Shown here: piece by piece, positions 19,877-27,825 of the stretch | How the letters are laid out: the number at the start of each line of letters is the position of its first letter | Numbering within the stretch: the stretch's first letter is position 1 | Assembly: GCF_000015145.1 (NCBI RefSeq) | Contig: NC_008818.1 | Coordinates: forward strand, 510,001-542,000 | Direction: 5' to 3' | From: Hyperthermus butylicus DSM 5456 | Lineage (GTDB): Archaea; Thermoproteota; Thermoprotei_A; Sulfolobales; Pyrodictiaceae | DNA length: 32,000 nt | Notes under the pieces: model-generated | Told to the model about the DNA's origin: nothing | The model's input: the letters and a program-made list of their open reading frames with translations, nothing else | Database searches by the model: none | Translations under genes and position numbers: made by a program

Positions 19877-20557
19877 ATGGCGCGCGGTCTATACCACTAT
19901 CTGCGGGAGATGTGGAAGCAGCGTCACGACATTCCGGAGCTCGCTGAGCTGTGGAAGAGGAGGATAATGGAGTGGAGGCGTCAGCCAAGCGTAGTGCGTA
20001 TCGAGAAACCCACACGCATTGACCGCGCCAGGGCGCTGGGATACAAGGCTAAGCAGGGCATTATCGTCGTAAGGGTGCGCGTAAGGAAGGGTGGTCTGAA
20101 CAGGCCGAGGCCAAACAAGGGTCGTAGGCCAAAGAGGATGGGTGTCTATGGCTACGCTCCTGCAAAGTCTACAAGGCTCATAGCTGAGGAAAGGGCGGCC
20201 CGCAAGTACCCCAACATGGAGGTCCTCAACAGCTACTATGTTGGCGAGGACGGCGAGTACAAGTGGTACGAAGTCATACTGGTTGACCGCAGCCACCCAG
20301 CAGTATGCAGAGACAAGGACCTGGGCTGGATATGCGAGAAGCAGCACCGCGGCAGAGTATTCAGAGGCCTAACAAGCGCAGGCAAGAAGATGCGCGGTCT
20401 GAGGAAGACACGTGGCCTACGCGGTACACACAAGTACAAGTGGAAGAAGAAGCAGAAGGAGCGCAAACTCAAGAAGCGCCACGAGGCACACCGCGGTGCA
20501 AGGCTCATTGCTCCAGACGAGATACGCGAAAAGTACCACAAGGGAGACCTAAAGTAG
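19877..20557 (+). CDS. rpl15e: 50S ribosomal protein L15e (eL15)
   Basis: [61 protein letters not shown]. Canonical start is ATG 19877; ORF opens at 19835. Confidence 0.95.
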   Translation: MARGLYHYLREMWKQRHDIPELAELWKRRIMEWRRQPSVVRIEKPTRIDRARALGYKAKQGIIVVRVRVRKGGLNRPRPNKGRRPKRMGVYGYAPAKSTRLIAEERAARKYPNMEVLNSYYVGEDGEYKWYEVILVDRSHPAVCRDKDLGWICEKQHRGRVFRGLTSAGKKMRGLRKTRGLRGTHKYKWKKKQKERKLKKRHEAHRGARLIAPDEIREKYHKGDLK

Positions 20558-20675
20558 CTCTCTACGAGCCGTGCTACCTTACATTCTATATGGCTAGCCC
20601 CCAGTTTTTATCTCGGAGAGGCAGGGGAGTACTCGGCGATGTCTCCTACATCCTCCTCTGCGTGGTGGCCCGCTC

Positions 20676-21134
20676 TTGTCTCGGATACCTACACGCGTCG
20701 TTGGCGTAGAGATATCAGTGCATGCACATGCGACAGAGGATGTTGGGAGGGTTAAGCAGGCAGTACTCAACCTACTACCAGAGAGTGTTCATGATAAGGC
20801 TGTCTTTGAAGAGCAGGTTCTCGAAGGCCACCACGGCAACCCTATAACCCGTATACGCCTCAGGCTCCGGGACCGTGATGCAGAGGAGTTTATCAAGCAT
20901 CTGGCATCGATGCTTAGTGATACTGAGAAGAGGGTTCTCCGTGCAATGCTTGGTGATAGGTATGATGAGAGACAGGGCAGAATGTACATTAGGCTTAGCA
21001 AACAAGATGCTTTCCTCGGCGATGCAAGACTCTACGATGGTGATGACGTGGTGCATATAGTGATTATTCTCCGGGGCTCGCCCAAGCTTGAAGAAGTAGC
21101 ACGCGTACTTGGTGAGCTGGGGCTGCTGGCGTGA
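20676..21134 (+). CDS. PF01877-type RNA-binding/exosome-associated protein
   Basis: 152 aa; VEISVHAHATEDVGRVKQAVLNLLPE...LEGHHGNPITRIRLRLRDRDAEEFI. Located between rpl15e and rnp3. Confidence 0.78.
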   Translation: MSRIPTRVVGVEISVHAHATEDVGRVKQAVLNLLPESVHDKAVFEEQVLEGHHGNPITRIRLRLRDRDAEEFIKHLASMLSDTEKRVLRAMLGDRYDERQGRMYIRLSKQDAFLGDARLYDGDDVVHIVIILRGSPKLEEVARVLGELGLLA

Positions 21135-21793
21135 GGGCCTGCGATCTTAACGTCGCGCCTACCAGCGTTAACGAAGCTAGGCGTATGGCTAAGCTGTTAA
21201 AGGGTATGGGTGTTGGCTGTGTCGCTGTGGAGCATGGAGACCCTAGCGTGGCTAGGCAGCTAGTAAATGTTTTCGAGGAGGAGGGTGTTGAGGCCTATAC
21301 GCGTGTAACTCTCGAGATATCGGACTGGCAGCGTGGCATAGAGCTTGTGAGGAGAGCATCCAGGCTCTACAACATTGTAGTCGTTAAGCCCAAGACCGCC
21401 GAGGCGGCAAGGCTGGCGGCTAGGGATCCGAGGGTAGCTCTTCTACAGTTGACGCCAGGTATGGCGCGCTATATGGATAAGAGTCAGGCTCAAATGCTGC
21501 GCGAGGGTGGTGCAGCGGTCGAGATTAGGCTTCTCCCCCTACTATACGGCGGGGATCCACGCTCAGCACTGAGGGGGCTCATGATTATTGCGCGCCGGGC
21601 TGCAGCCTACGAGGCTGTATTCGTTGCTACCTCCGGTGCTAGGAGCGCCTGGGAACTATGGCATCCCGCCATTGTTAGGGGGCTACTAGTCTCCATAGGG
21701 CTCCCTGAGAATATTGCTAAGCTAGCCGTGACTGGATATCCACGCAGTATTGTTAGGCTAAAGGCTCTCAAGTCCCTAGCTAGCGAGGGGTGA
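21131..21793 (+). CDS. rnp3: Ribonuclease P protein component 3 (Rpp30)
   Basis: 220 aa; ACDLNVAPTSVNEARRMAKLLKGMG...VVVKPKTAEAARLAARDPRVALLQLTPGMARYMDKSQAQML...ATSGARSAWELWHP. Confidence 0.88.
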   Translation: MRACDLNVAPTSVNEARRMAKLLKGMGVGCVAVEHGDPSVARQLVNVFEEEGVEAYTRVTLEISDWQRGIELVRRASRLYNIVVVKPKTAEAARLAARDPRVALLQLTPGMARYMDKSQAQMLREGGAAVEIRLLPLLYGGDPRSALRGLMIIARRAAAYEAVFVATSGARSAWELWHPAIVRGLLVSIGLPENIAKLAVTGYPRSIVRLKALKSLASEG

Positions 21794-21802
21794 CTCTACG
21801 CC

Positions 21803-22372
21803 GTGACGTTGTGGGAGGCTATACTTATGGGTATTGTTGCGGTATTGTTGGTGCTAGTTTACCTCCTCAACCGCCGTGTCTCGGGGCTGACAGGGGCCCT
21901 TGGAGAGTTCCGGGCTAGGCTTGGCGAGCTAGAAGAGTCCTTCAATAATGTATTGAGAGAGCTGGGGTTTGTCTCCAGGTCCCTCAGCACGGCTCTCCAG
22001 AGTATCGAGGCTGAGGATGCGCTTGAGAGGCTTAGAAGGCGCCGGCGGAGACGCTACATAGCCTTTTACGTTGTGTATGAGGGTGATTCTCCCCCGCAGG
22101 CAGAAGAAGTGGAGAAGGCTATTGTTAGGGCTGTTGAGAGGCTTGCTGGGCAGCTAACGGTGGCACTTGCGAGGCTCCAGCTCGTATACTATGACCATGT
22201 TCGCGGTGCTGGCATTGTTAGAGCAACAAATGATACCAAGTATGTTGTGCTCGCAGCTATGGGGTTGGTGCGGAGCATTGGTGGCCGCAGAGTATTATTG
22301 GTGCCTGTTAGGACTACGGGAACCATTAAGAGGGCTAAGAAGGCGCTAGCTGTTCCCAGGAGACTGCTATGA
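21803..22372 (+). CDS. rnp2: Ribonuclease P protein component 2 (Pop5) with N-terminal transmembrane helix and coiled-coil-like extension
   Basis: C-terminal RRRRYIAFYVVYEGDSPP..VEKAIVRAVERLAG...ARLQLVYYDHVRGAGIVRATNDTKYVVLAAMGLVRSIGGRRVLLVPVRTTGTIKRAKKA matches Pop5; N-terminus MTLWEAILMGIVAVLLVLVYLLNRR is hydrophobic. Confidence 0.82.
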   Translation: MTLWEAILMGIVAVLLVLVYLLNRRVSGLTGALGEFRARLGELEESFNNVLRELGFVSRSLSTALQSIEAEDALERLRRRRRRRYIAFYVVYEGDSPPQAEEVEKAIVRAVERLAGQLTVALARLQLVYYDHVRGAGIVRATNDTKYVVLAAMGLVRSIGGRRVLLVPVRTTGTIKRAKKALAVPRRLL

Positions 22373-23121
22373 CGCTGCGGAGGCCCTACACCGTCATATT
22401 CTCCACGATGACTCTTGACGGTCGCTTAGCATCATCGACGGGCTATAGTGTGCTCAGCTGCCCATACGATTTCGCGCGGCTCCGCCTCCTCCGCGGCGCA
22501 GCAGACGCCGTGATGATAGGTGCCAATACGGCGCTTCTGGACGATCCCTCGCTACGCAAGAGACTTGAGCCTAGAAGCGAGAAGTACTACAGAGTAGTGG
22601 TTGACGGTCGGCTCCGCATATCAGCGTCGCTGAGGCTGGTGCGCGAGCCTGAGCCGCCAGTGATAGTGTTTACAGCGGTTGAGTCACAGCGAGCCAGGGA
22701 GTTAGAGGAGCGTGGCGTGAGGGTACATGTTGTCGGCTCTAACGGTGTAGTAGACCTTGCTAGGGCGCTGGAGATACTAGCTGTAGAGTATGGTGTCGAG
22801 AGGCTCCTCGTGGAGGGTGGTGGGAGGCTCAACTATTCCCTGCTCTCGAGCAGGCTTGTAGACGAGGTACGCGCAACGATAACACCCTACGTGTTCGCCG
22901 CTGGCCGGAGCTTCTTCGAGGACCCGGTAGGTACTGGGTTCCGTGATACCCGCGAGTCGCCGAGGCTGCAGCTTGTCTGTACAGAGTTGTGCCCTTGTGG
23001 CCGCTGTGTACACGTAGTCTACCGTGTAGTGGATAGACGTGGGGAGCCGCTAGCTAGCTCCCTAGTGGAGCCGTGTCTGTCCAGTAAGCTCCGAGAGCTA
23101 GCTGCGAAGGGCCTCGTGTAG
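22369..23121 (+). CDS. RibD C-terminal-type reductase (ArfC-like 2,5-diamino-6-ribosylaminopyrimidinone 5'-phosphate reductase)
   Basis: 250 aa; RRPYTVIFSTMTLDGRLAS...DAVMIGANTALLDDPSL...VERLLVEGGGRLNYSLLS...DEVRATITPYVF; ATGA overlap with Pop5. Confidence 0.88.
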   Translation: MTLRRPYTVIFSTMTLDGRLASSTGYSVLSCPYDFARLRLLRGAADAVMIGANTALLDDPSLRKRLEPRSEKYYRVVVDGRLRISASLRLVREPEPPVIVFTAVESQRARELEERGVRVHVVGSNGVVDLARALEILAVEYGVERLLVEGGGRLNYSLLSSRLVDEVRATITPYVFAAGRSFFEDPVGTGFRDTRESPRLQLVCTELCPCGRCVHVVYRVVDRRGEPLASSLVEPCLSSKLRELAAKGLV

Positions 23122-23141
23122 CTAGCCATAGAGGCTCTTTA

Positions 23142-23158
23142 CCCTCCCCACGGGAGGG
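23142..23158. other. Short GC hairpin in the ribD-ribB intergenic region
   Basis: ccctccc CAC gggaggg: 7-bp perfect stem, 3-nt loop. Confidence 0.45.
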
Positions 23159-23229
23159 GTGTGTAGTGCAGAACACTAAGGAGCGGCTTGGGCAGCAATG
23201 GAGACGTTTCGCTTCGGGGGCGCAGCGTA

Positions 23230-23949
23230 ATGGGCGAACTAGACAAGGCAATTGAGGCTATGCGGAAGGGTATCCCCGTCCTAATCCACGATGACTATGG
23301 TAGGGAGGACGAGGTAGACTATGTTATCCATGCATCCTACGTGACTGTCGACAAGATATATGAGATGAGAACCCTGGCAGGCGGCCTCATATGCTACGCT
23401 ATGCCGCTACCAGCTGGTGAGATGCTTGGCCTCCGCTACATAGCCGACATACTTGCTGGTATCGAGCCTCTTGGCAGGCTTGCAGAGCGCACCCTAGGCT
23501 ACGGTGATAAGCCTGCCTTCTCGCTATGGGTTAACCATCTGAAGGCCAGGACGGGGATACGGGACAGGGATAGGGCGCTCACAATACGCGAGCTGGACCG
23601 GGTTGTGAACCTCATATATTCTGGCAGGGTTGAGGAGGCCCGTAAGCTATTCTACGAGAGCTTCATGGCGCCAGGTCATGTGCCGATACTGCTTGGAAGA
23701 AGGCTCGGGGAGAGACGCGGTCACACCGAGCTATCCCTGCACCTTGCAATGCTTGCCGGGATGACACCGTCAACGGTTATCGTCGAGATGCTCGACCGTG
23801 GCGAGGCTTTGAGCGTGGAGGAGGCCCGCAGGGTATCTAGGGAGAAGGGCTACCCCCTGGTGGAGGGGAGTGAGATTATAGCAGAGGTGGAGCGTCGTGG
23901 TGAAGATATGTATTGTCGATACAACCTTTGCAAGAATAGACATGGCTAG
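23230..23949 (+). CDS. ribB: 3,4-dihydroxy-2-butanone 4-phosphate synthase
   Basis: AIEAMRKGIPVLIHDDYGREDEVDYVIHA...HLKARTGIRDRDRALTIRELDR...RRGHTELSLHLAMLAGMTPSTVIVEML. ORF opens at 23188; ATG at ~23230. Confidence 0.9.
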   Translation: MGELDKAIEAMRKGIPVLIHDDYGREDEVDYVIHASYVTVDKIYEMRTLAGGLICYAMPLPAGEMLGLRYIADILAGIEPLGRLAERTLGYGDKPAFSLWVNHLKARTGIRDRDRALTIRELDRVVNLIYSGRVEEARKLFYESFMAPGHVPILLGRRLGERRGHTELSLHLAMLAGMTPSTVIVEMLDRGEALSVEEARRVSREKGYPLVEGSEIIAEVERRGEDMYCRYNLCKNRHG

Positions 23950-24373
23950 GTATGCGATAGAGGTTCTCCAAAACCTCATGCCTGACGCAGTTATAGTCCG
24001 TAGGACGGTGCCGGGGATAAAGGACATCCCGGTTGAGATCAAGACGCTGATGCAGCGTGAGGGCTGCGAGGCAGGCATGGTTTTTGGCTGGGTTGGACGC
24101 AGCCTGGTTGACAAGATAAGTTATGCAGTATACTCTCTCGCGCTCCAGCTGGTGCAGCTCGAGCTGGGCCGCCACATTATAGACGTTACTGTGCACGAGG
24201 ACGAGTCCGAGAGCGAAGAGGAGCTCTACAGAATAGCGGCTGACAGGGCTAGGAAGCACGCCGAGAACCTTTACCTTCTACTCCGCAGGCCCGAGGAGCT
24301 AGTGAGACGTGCTGGTACAGGTAGGCGTCAAGGCTATCCTGATGCAGGCCCTATAATGGGCGGGTATGGCTAG
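23897..24373 (+). CDS. ribC: Riboflavin synthase, archaeal type
   Basis: MVKICIVDTTFARIDMARYAIEVLQ...VRRTVPGIKDIPVEIKTLMQREGCEAGMVFGWVG; overlaps ribB. Confidence 0.9.
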   Translation: MVKICIVDTTFARIDMARYAIEVLQNLMPDAVIVRRTVPGIKDIPVEIKTLMQREGCEAGMVFGWVGRSLVDKISYAVYSLALQLVQLELGRHIIDVTVHEDESESEEELYRIAADRARKHAENLYLLLRRPEELVRRAGTGRRQGYPDAGPIMGGYG

Positions 24374-24431
24374 CCAAGCATTTTTCCCCGCCAAGGCCTA
24401 AGGCTCACTGGGCTACGGGGTGTAGAGAGCA

Positions 24432-24896
24432 GTGTCTGCAGCTGATGTGAGGCTTGCATTTGTTGTAGCGGAATTCAACTATGACGTGACCTACCTCATG
24501 CTCCAGCGTGCGCTGAGCTATGCCAGGTTCCGTGGTGCAACTGTAACGTACATTGTTTACTCTCCCGGAGCCTACGATATGCCGATACTGGTAGAGGAGT
24601 TGCTGATAAAGGATGATGTGGATGCTGTGGTTGCGCTGGGTGCAATAATAACCGGGGCTACAAAGCACGACGAGGTGATAGCACACCAAGTAGCTAGGAA
24701 GCTAATGGACCTCGCTGAGAAGCATGGTAAGCCCGTAACTCTAGGCATATCTGGCCCGGGCATGAACCGTGTGCAGGCCCTGGAGCGCGTGGACGACTAT
24801 GCTAGGAGAGCTGTTGAGGCAGCAGTAAAGCTGGCCAAGAGGCTGAAAATGCTTAGGGAGGCAAGGTTTGAAGGTGAGACAGTCACGATCCAGTAG
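24432..24896 (+). CDS. ribH: 6,7-dimethyl-8-ribityllumazine synthase
   Basis: VVAEFNYDVTYLMLQRALSYA...VYSPGAYDMPILVEELLIKDDVDAVVALGAIITGATKHDEVIAHQVARKLMDL. Confidence 0.94.
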   Translation: MSAADVRLAFVVAEFNYDVTYLMLQRALSYARFRGATVTYIVYSPGAYDMPILVEELLIKDDVDAVVALGAIITGATKHDEVIAHQVARKLMDLAEKHGKPVTLGISGPGMNRVQALERVDDYARRAVEAAVKLAKRLKMLREARFEGETVTIQ

Positions 24897-26025
24897 AGGC
24901 TTCTGCATCTGTGCAGACTACGTAGTTGCCGGTAGCGAGCTCGAGCTGCTGCGGGCCGCCTGCATAGAATTCAACGAGGAAGGCATAGTCGTCGGTGTAG
25001 GTGCCTCCCGCAGCCCGGGAAGGCCATGCAGCGCGGTTCCAGGCTACATAATGCCGCCGCTCTGTAACGGCCACATACATGTCCTAGACTACGCACTGGC
25101 CGAGGCTAGAGAGGATAAGCCCCTAGAGAGCCTTGTGGCCCACCCAACCGGGCTCAAGTACAAGCTCCTCGAAGCCCTGGGCGAGGCCAAGCTAGAAGCC
25201 GCCCTTAGAACACTGGCAGCAAGGCTCCAGGACGAGGGCATACTCTACCTCGGAGCTTATGCCGAGATGGGTTTTAGCGGCGCACAGCTCGTCTCGACGG
25301 TACTCCAAAGCTCTGGGCTAAGGGTGAGGCTCCTCCCGCAACCCCTACGCAAAACACTACCAGACTATGAATACCTCCTAGAAGCCTATGGAGGCGCTGG
25401 GCTAGACACGGTATTTGACCTCAACCCCGGCGAACTCGCGGAACTCGCTGCCGAGGCGCGTAGGCGCGGTTTAAGCCTACATGTACACGTGTCGGAGACC
25501 AGGCAGCTCAGAGAAATGCGCGACTACGAGCTAGCACTAGAAGCCAAGCCAACGGCCACGGTACACCTCACTCACCTCGAGCCCAAAGAGGTTCTAGCCC
25601 TAGCAGCTGCTGGCGTCCTCCCGGTGTTCTGTCCGAGGTCCAACAGCTTCCACGGCGTTGGCAAGCCACCCCTAGAGGTGCTGCCACAACTTGCCGGGGA
25701 GCAAGTACCAGTTGCTCTTGGCACGGATAACGCTGCGTGGATTCCACCATCAATAGCAGAGGAGCTCTCCCACGCATACATGATGTGGAGGCCAATGATG
25801 CGAAGCAAAGTGGAGGAGTATGCCCGCTCACTACTCTATGCTGCAACACTGGGCTGCACGAGCCTCCTAGGCCTACAAGCCGAACCCATAGAACAAGGCT
25901 CCACCACAGTACTCGTGGCAGCACTGCCAGACGCCCGCTACACAAACAATCCCCTAATAACTCTCATAAAGAGACTGTCAATAGCCTACAAACAAGTAGT
26001 TAGCACACCAGGTTGGCGTCGATAA
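24868..26025 (+). CDS. Amidohydrolase-superfamily protein of deaminase type (cytosine/SAH/guanine-deaminase-like)
   Basis: PPLCNGHIHVLDYA (HxH), LHVHVSETRQLRE, ATVHLTHLEPKE, VFCPRSNSFHGVG, VPVALGTDNAAWIPPS; start overlaps ribH. Confidence 0.82.
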   Translation: MKVRQSRSSRGFCICADYVVAGSELELLRAACIEFNEEGIVVGVGASRSPGRPCSAVPGYIMPPLCNGHIHVLDYALAEAREDKPLESLVAHPTGLKYKLLEALGEAKLEAALRTLAARLQDEGILYLGAYAEMGFSGAQLVSTVLQSSGLRVRLLPQPLRKTLPDYEYLLEAYGGAGLDTVFDLNPGELAELAAEARRRGLSLHVHVSETRQLREMRDYELALEAKPTATVHLTHLEPKEVLALAAAGVLPVFCPRSNSFHGVGKPPLEVLPQLAGEQVPVALGTDNAAWIPPSIAEELSHAYMMWRPMMRSKVEEYARSLLYAATLGCTSLLGLQAEPIEQGSTTVLVAALPDARYTNNPLITLIKRLSIAYKQVVSTPGWRR

Positions 26026-26048
26026 TAGTATACCACAAATAGCAAGAT

Positions 26049-26082
26049 TACCATTTAACTCCTAGCCATAAAATAAATGGTA
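26049..26082. terminator. Putative bidirectional terminator hairpin between convergent genes
   Basis: TACCATTTA (26049-26057) / TAAATGGTA (26074-26082): perfect 9-bp inverted repeat, 16-nt loop, between convergent stop codons. Confidence 0.45.
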
Positions 26083-26083
26083 G

Positions 26084-26818
26084 CTACCCCCCGGGAGGTT
26101 TCTTGGCTGTAGTTTTAATTGTTGAGATTAGCTCTGCTACGGCCTCCTCCAGAAGTGTCTCGCCCAGCTCTTGTGACGCTGGCACTGGCTGGTCTGGGTA
26201 CAGTCCTGGGACGTCCTCGGCTATCCATGGCTGGATGGGTGTTCTGTGGTTTGAGCTGTGGAGGATGCTCAGTACGGTGTCTATGTTCTCTTCCTTCAGC
26301 CAGGATCCCTTGTAGCCGCAGGCTAGCAGTATGCTTGCCTCGACGGGGTCGGCGTGAAGTATGCCTGGCTTGAGCCCGTAGCGTTTCTGTAGTGTATCCT
26401 CTACTACCTGCCAGAAGCTGTAGACTAGCACGGGTCTCCCAGTTGTCCTCCTAGCGTATCTGGCGGCGATGTAGGCTGCGTGGAAGGCACCACCATGAAA
26501 CACAGCTATGACGACTGATCCCGTGTATGCTAGGATCTCGTTTAGTAGGTCTACGAGGTACTCTATGAACACGCTGGGACGCACACCGAGCCGCGGGGGC
26601 TCGTGCTCCACGCAGACAGAGTATGGGATGACTGGTAGAATAGCAATACCGTCGGCCCCCTCTACTGAGGTCTTGACGCGCTGTACTACGCAGTCGGCGA
26701 TCAGGACGTCGGATGCTAACGGGAGAACGCCATGGTTTTCGACGGAGGCGACGGGGAGTAGCGCAACGGACGCCCTGCAATATGCGTTGCTGCTATAGGG
26801 GCTACAAACCCGTGCCAA
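26084..26818 (-). CDS. Creatininase-family hydrolase, candidate ArfB-like deformylase
   Basis: 244 aa; LLPVASVENHGVLPLASDVLIAD, VVIAVFHGGAFHAAYIAARYA, GILHADPVEASILLA match the creatininase/ArfB metal motifs. Confidence 0.75.
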   Translation of the reverse strand: MARVCSPYSSNAYCRASVALLPVASVENHGVLPLASDVLIADCVVQRVKTSVEGADGIAILPVIPYSVCVEHEPPRLGVRPSVFIEYLVDLLNEILAYTGSVVIAVFHGGAFHAAYIAARYARRTTGRPVLVYSFWQVVEDTLQKRYGLKPGILHADPVEASILLACGYKGSWLKEENIDTVLSILHSSNHRTPIQPWIAEDVPGLYPDQPVPASQELGETLLEEAVAELISTIKTTAKKPPGG

Positions 26819-26923
26819 AGGGGCTCAGCCAGCACCTACACCTGGTTCAGGCTAAATTATGGGTAACACACTCCTTGGGCATGTGCTGGGTTTATACTGG
26901 GCTACCGATAGCTGCCTACCTGG

Positions 26924-27166
26924 GTGGTCTACCCGGTGAATAGGTATGTGACCGTGTCTGCTAAGATACGCCGCGAACTTAAAGAGGAGGCCGAAAGGCT
27001 CGGTATAGACTTCTCTGAGGTTATAAGAAGGGCTATAGAGGAGGAGGTTAAGCGGAGGAAGCTCCAGCTACTTCGTGAGAAGCTTAACGGTCTGAGAGGC
27101 GCCCTGGAAAAAATTGATGTTGAAGAAATTGTGGAGCTAATTAGGAGGGATCGTGAGGAACGTTAG
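26924..27166 (+). CDS. vapB: Ribbon-helix-helix antitoxin, VapB/CopG-like
   Basis: NRYVTVSAKIRRELKEEAERLGIDFSEVIRRAIEEEVKRRKLQ...EIVELIRRDREER; likely start GTG 26939. Confidence 0.8.
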   Translation: MVYPVNRYVTVSAKIRRELKEEAERLGIDFSEVIRRAIEEEVKRRKLQLLREKLNGLRGALEKIDVEEIVELIRRDREER

Positions 27167-27577
27167 CGTCTTGCGGGGCAAAGGTCTGCTCTTCGATGCA
27201 TCATCGCTAATCTATGCTATTAAGAAGGATAAGGCTGGAGCTGCTAGCGGACAATTATATCCAGTGGCTTACAATCTATGAGGCACTTAATGCTGTGTGG
27301 AAGGAGGCGATGCTGCTTCACAGACTGATCCGTGAGGAGGCTGCAGGTCTTGCAGAGGTTATAGCAGAGTTGGCAGGGTTAATGCGCGTGCTAGATCCAC
27401 GGGGCAGCGAGCTAGAGATAGTGGAGAGGGCACATGAGCTAGGCTTGACAGTATACGACGCATCATATGTTGTTTTAGCGGAAAAAGCATAACCTGATAC
27501 TCGTAACAGAGGATAGGCGGCTTAGGCAGCGAGCTTCAAAACTAGTGGAAGCTAAAAGCCTGGAAGAAATATCCTAG
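27153..27577 (+). pseudogene. vapC: VapC PIN-domain toxin broken by two single-base frameshifts
   Basis: Frame 0 GLLFDASSLIYAIKKDK -> frame 1 from ~27235 LELLADNYIQWLTIYEALNAVWKEA...ERAHELGLTVYDASYVVLAEK -> frame 2 from ~27488 HNLILVTEDRRLRQRASKLVEAKSLEEIS*. Confidence 0.85.
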
Positions 27578-27599
27578 CACTTTTCACAAGGAGAAAGAC

Positions 27600-27661
27600 T
27601 GTGATGATGCCGTCCCAGTCTGAGCCCAGATGTGCGATGAAGATCTCACGACGAGCTGAGC
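27600..27661 (+). ncRNA. Box C/D sRNA (2'-O-methylation guide)
   Basis: C GTGATGA (27601-27607), D' CTGA (27620-27623), C' GCGATGA (27634-27640), D CTGA (27656-27659). Guides TGCCGTCCCAGT and AGATCTCACGACGAG. Confidence 0.8.
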
Positions 27662-27825
27662 TTCGATGCTTGAAACCATACTGGCAAGATGGAAACAAGA
27701 TGGTAATCAGTGTCTAGTTGTAGGTTGTGGTGTTCTGTAGGTTTGATGTACTTGGCAGCCGTCAGGAATATCGGGTTGTGTATGCCCAGAGGCTCTAGTT
27801 GGGGCCTGGCTGGTTTTGGGTGCTG

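Noticed and set aside
20305-20709. 134-aa alternate-frame ORF over rpl15e
   Set aside because: Overlaps the highly conserved L15e C-terminus; composition is a frame-shifted reading of basic ribosomal protein codons.
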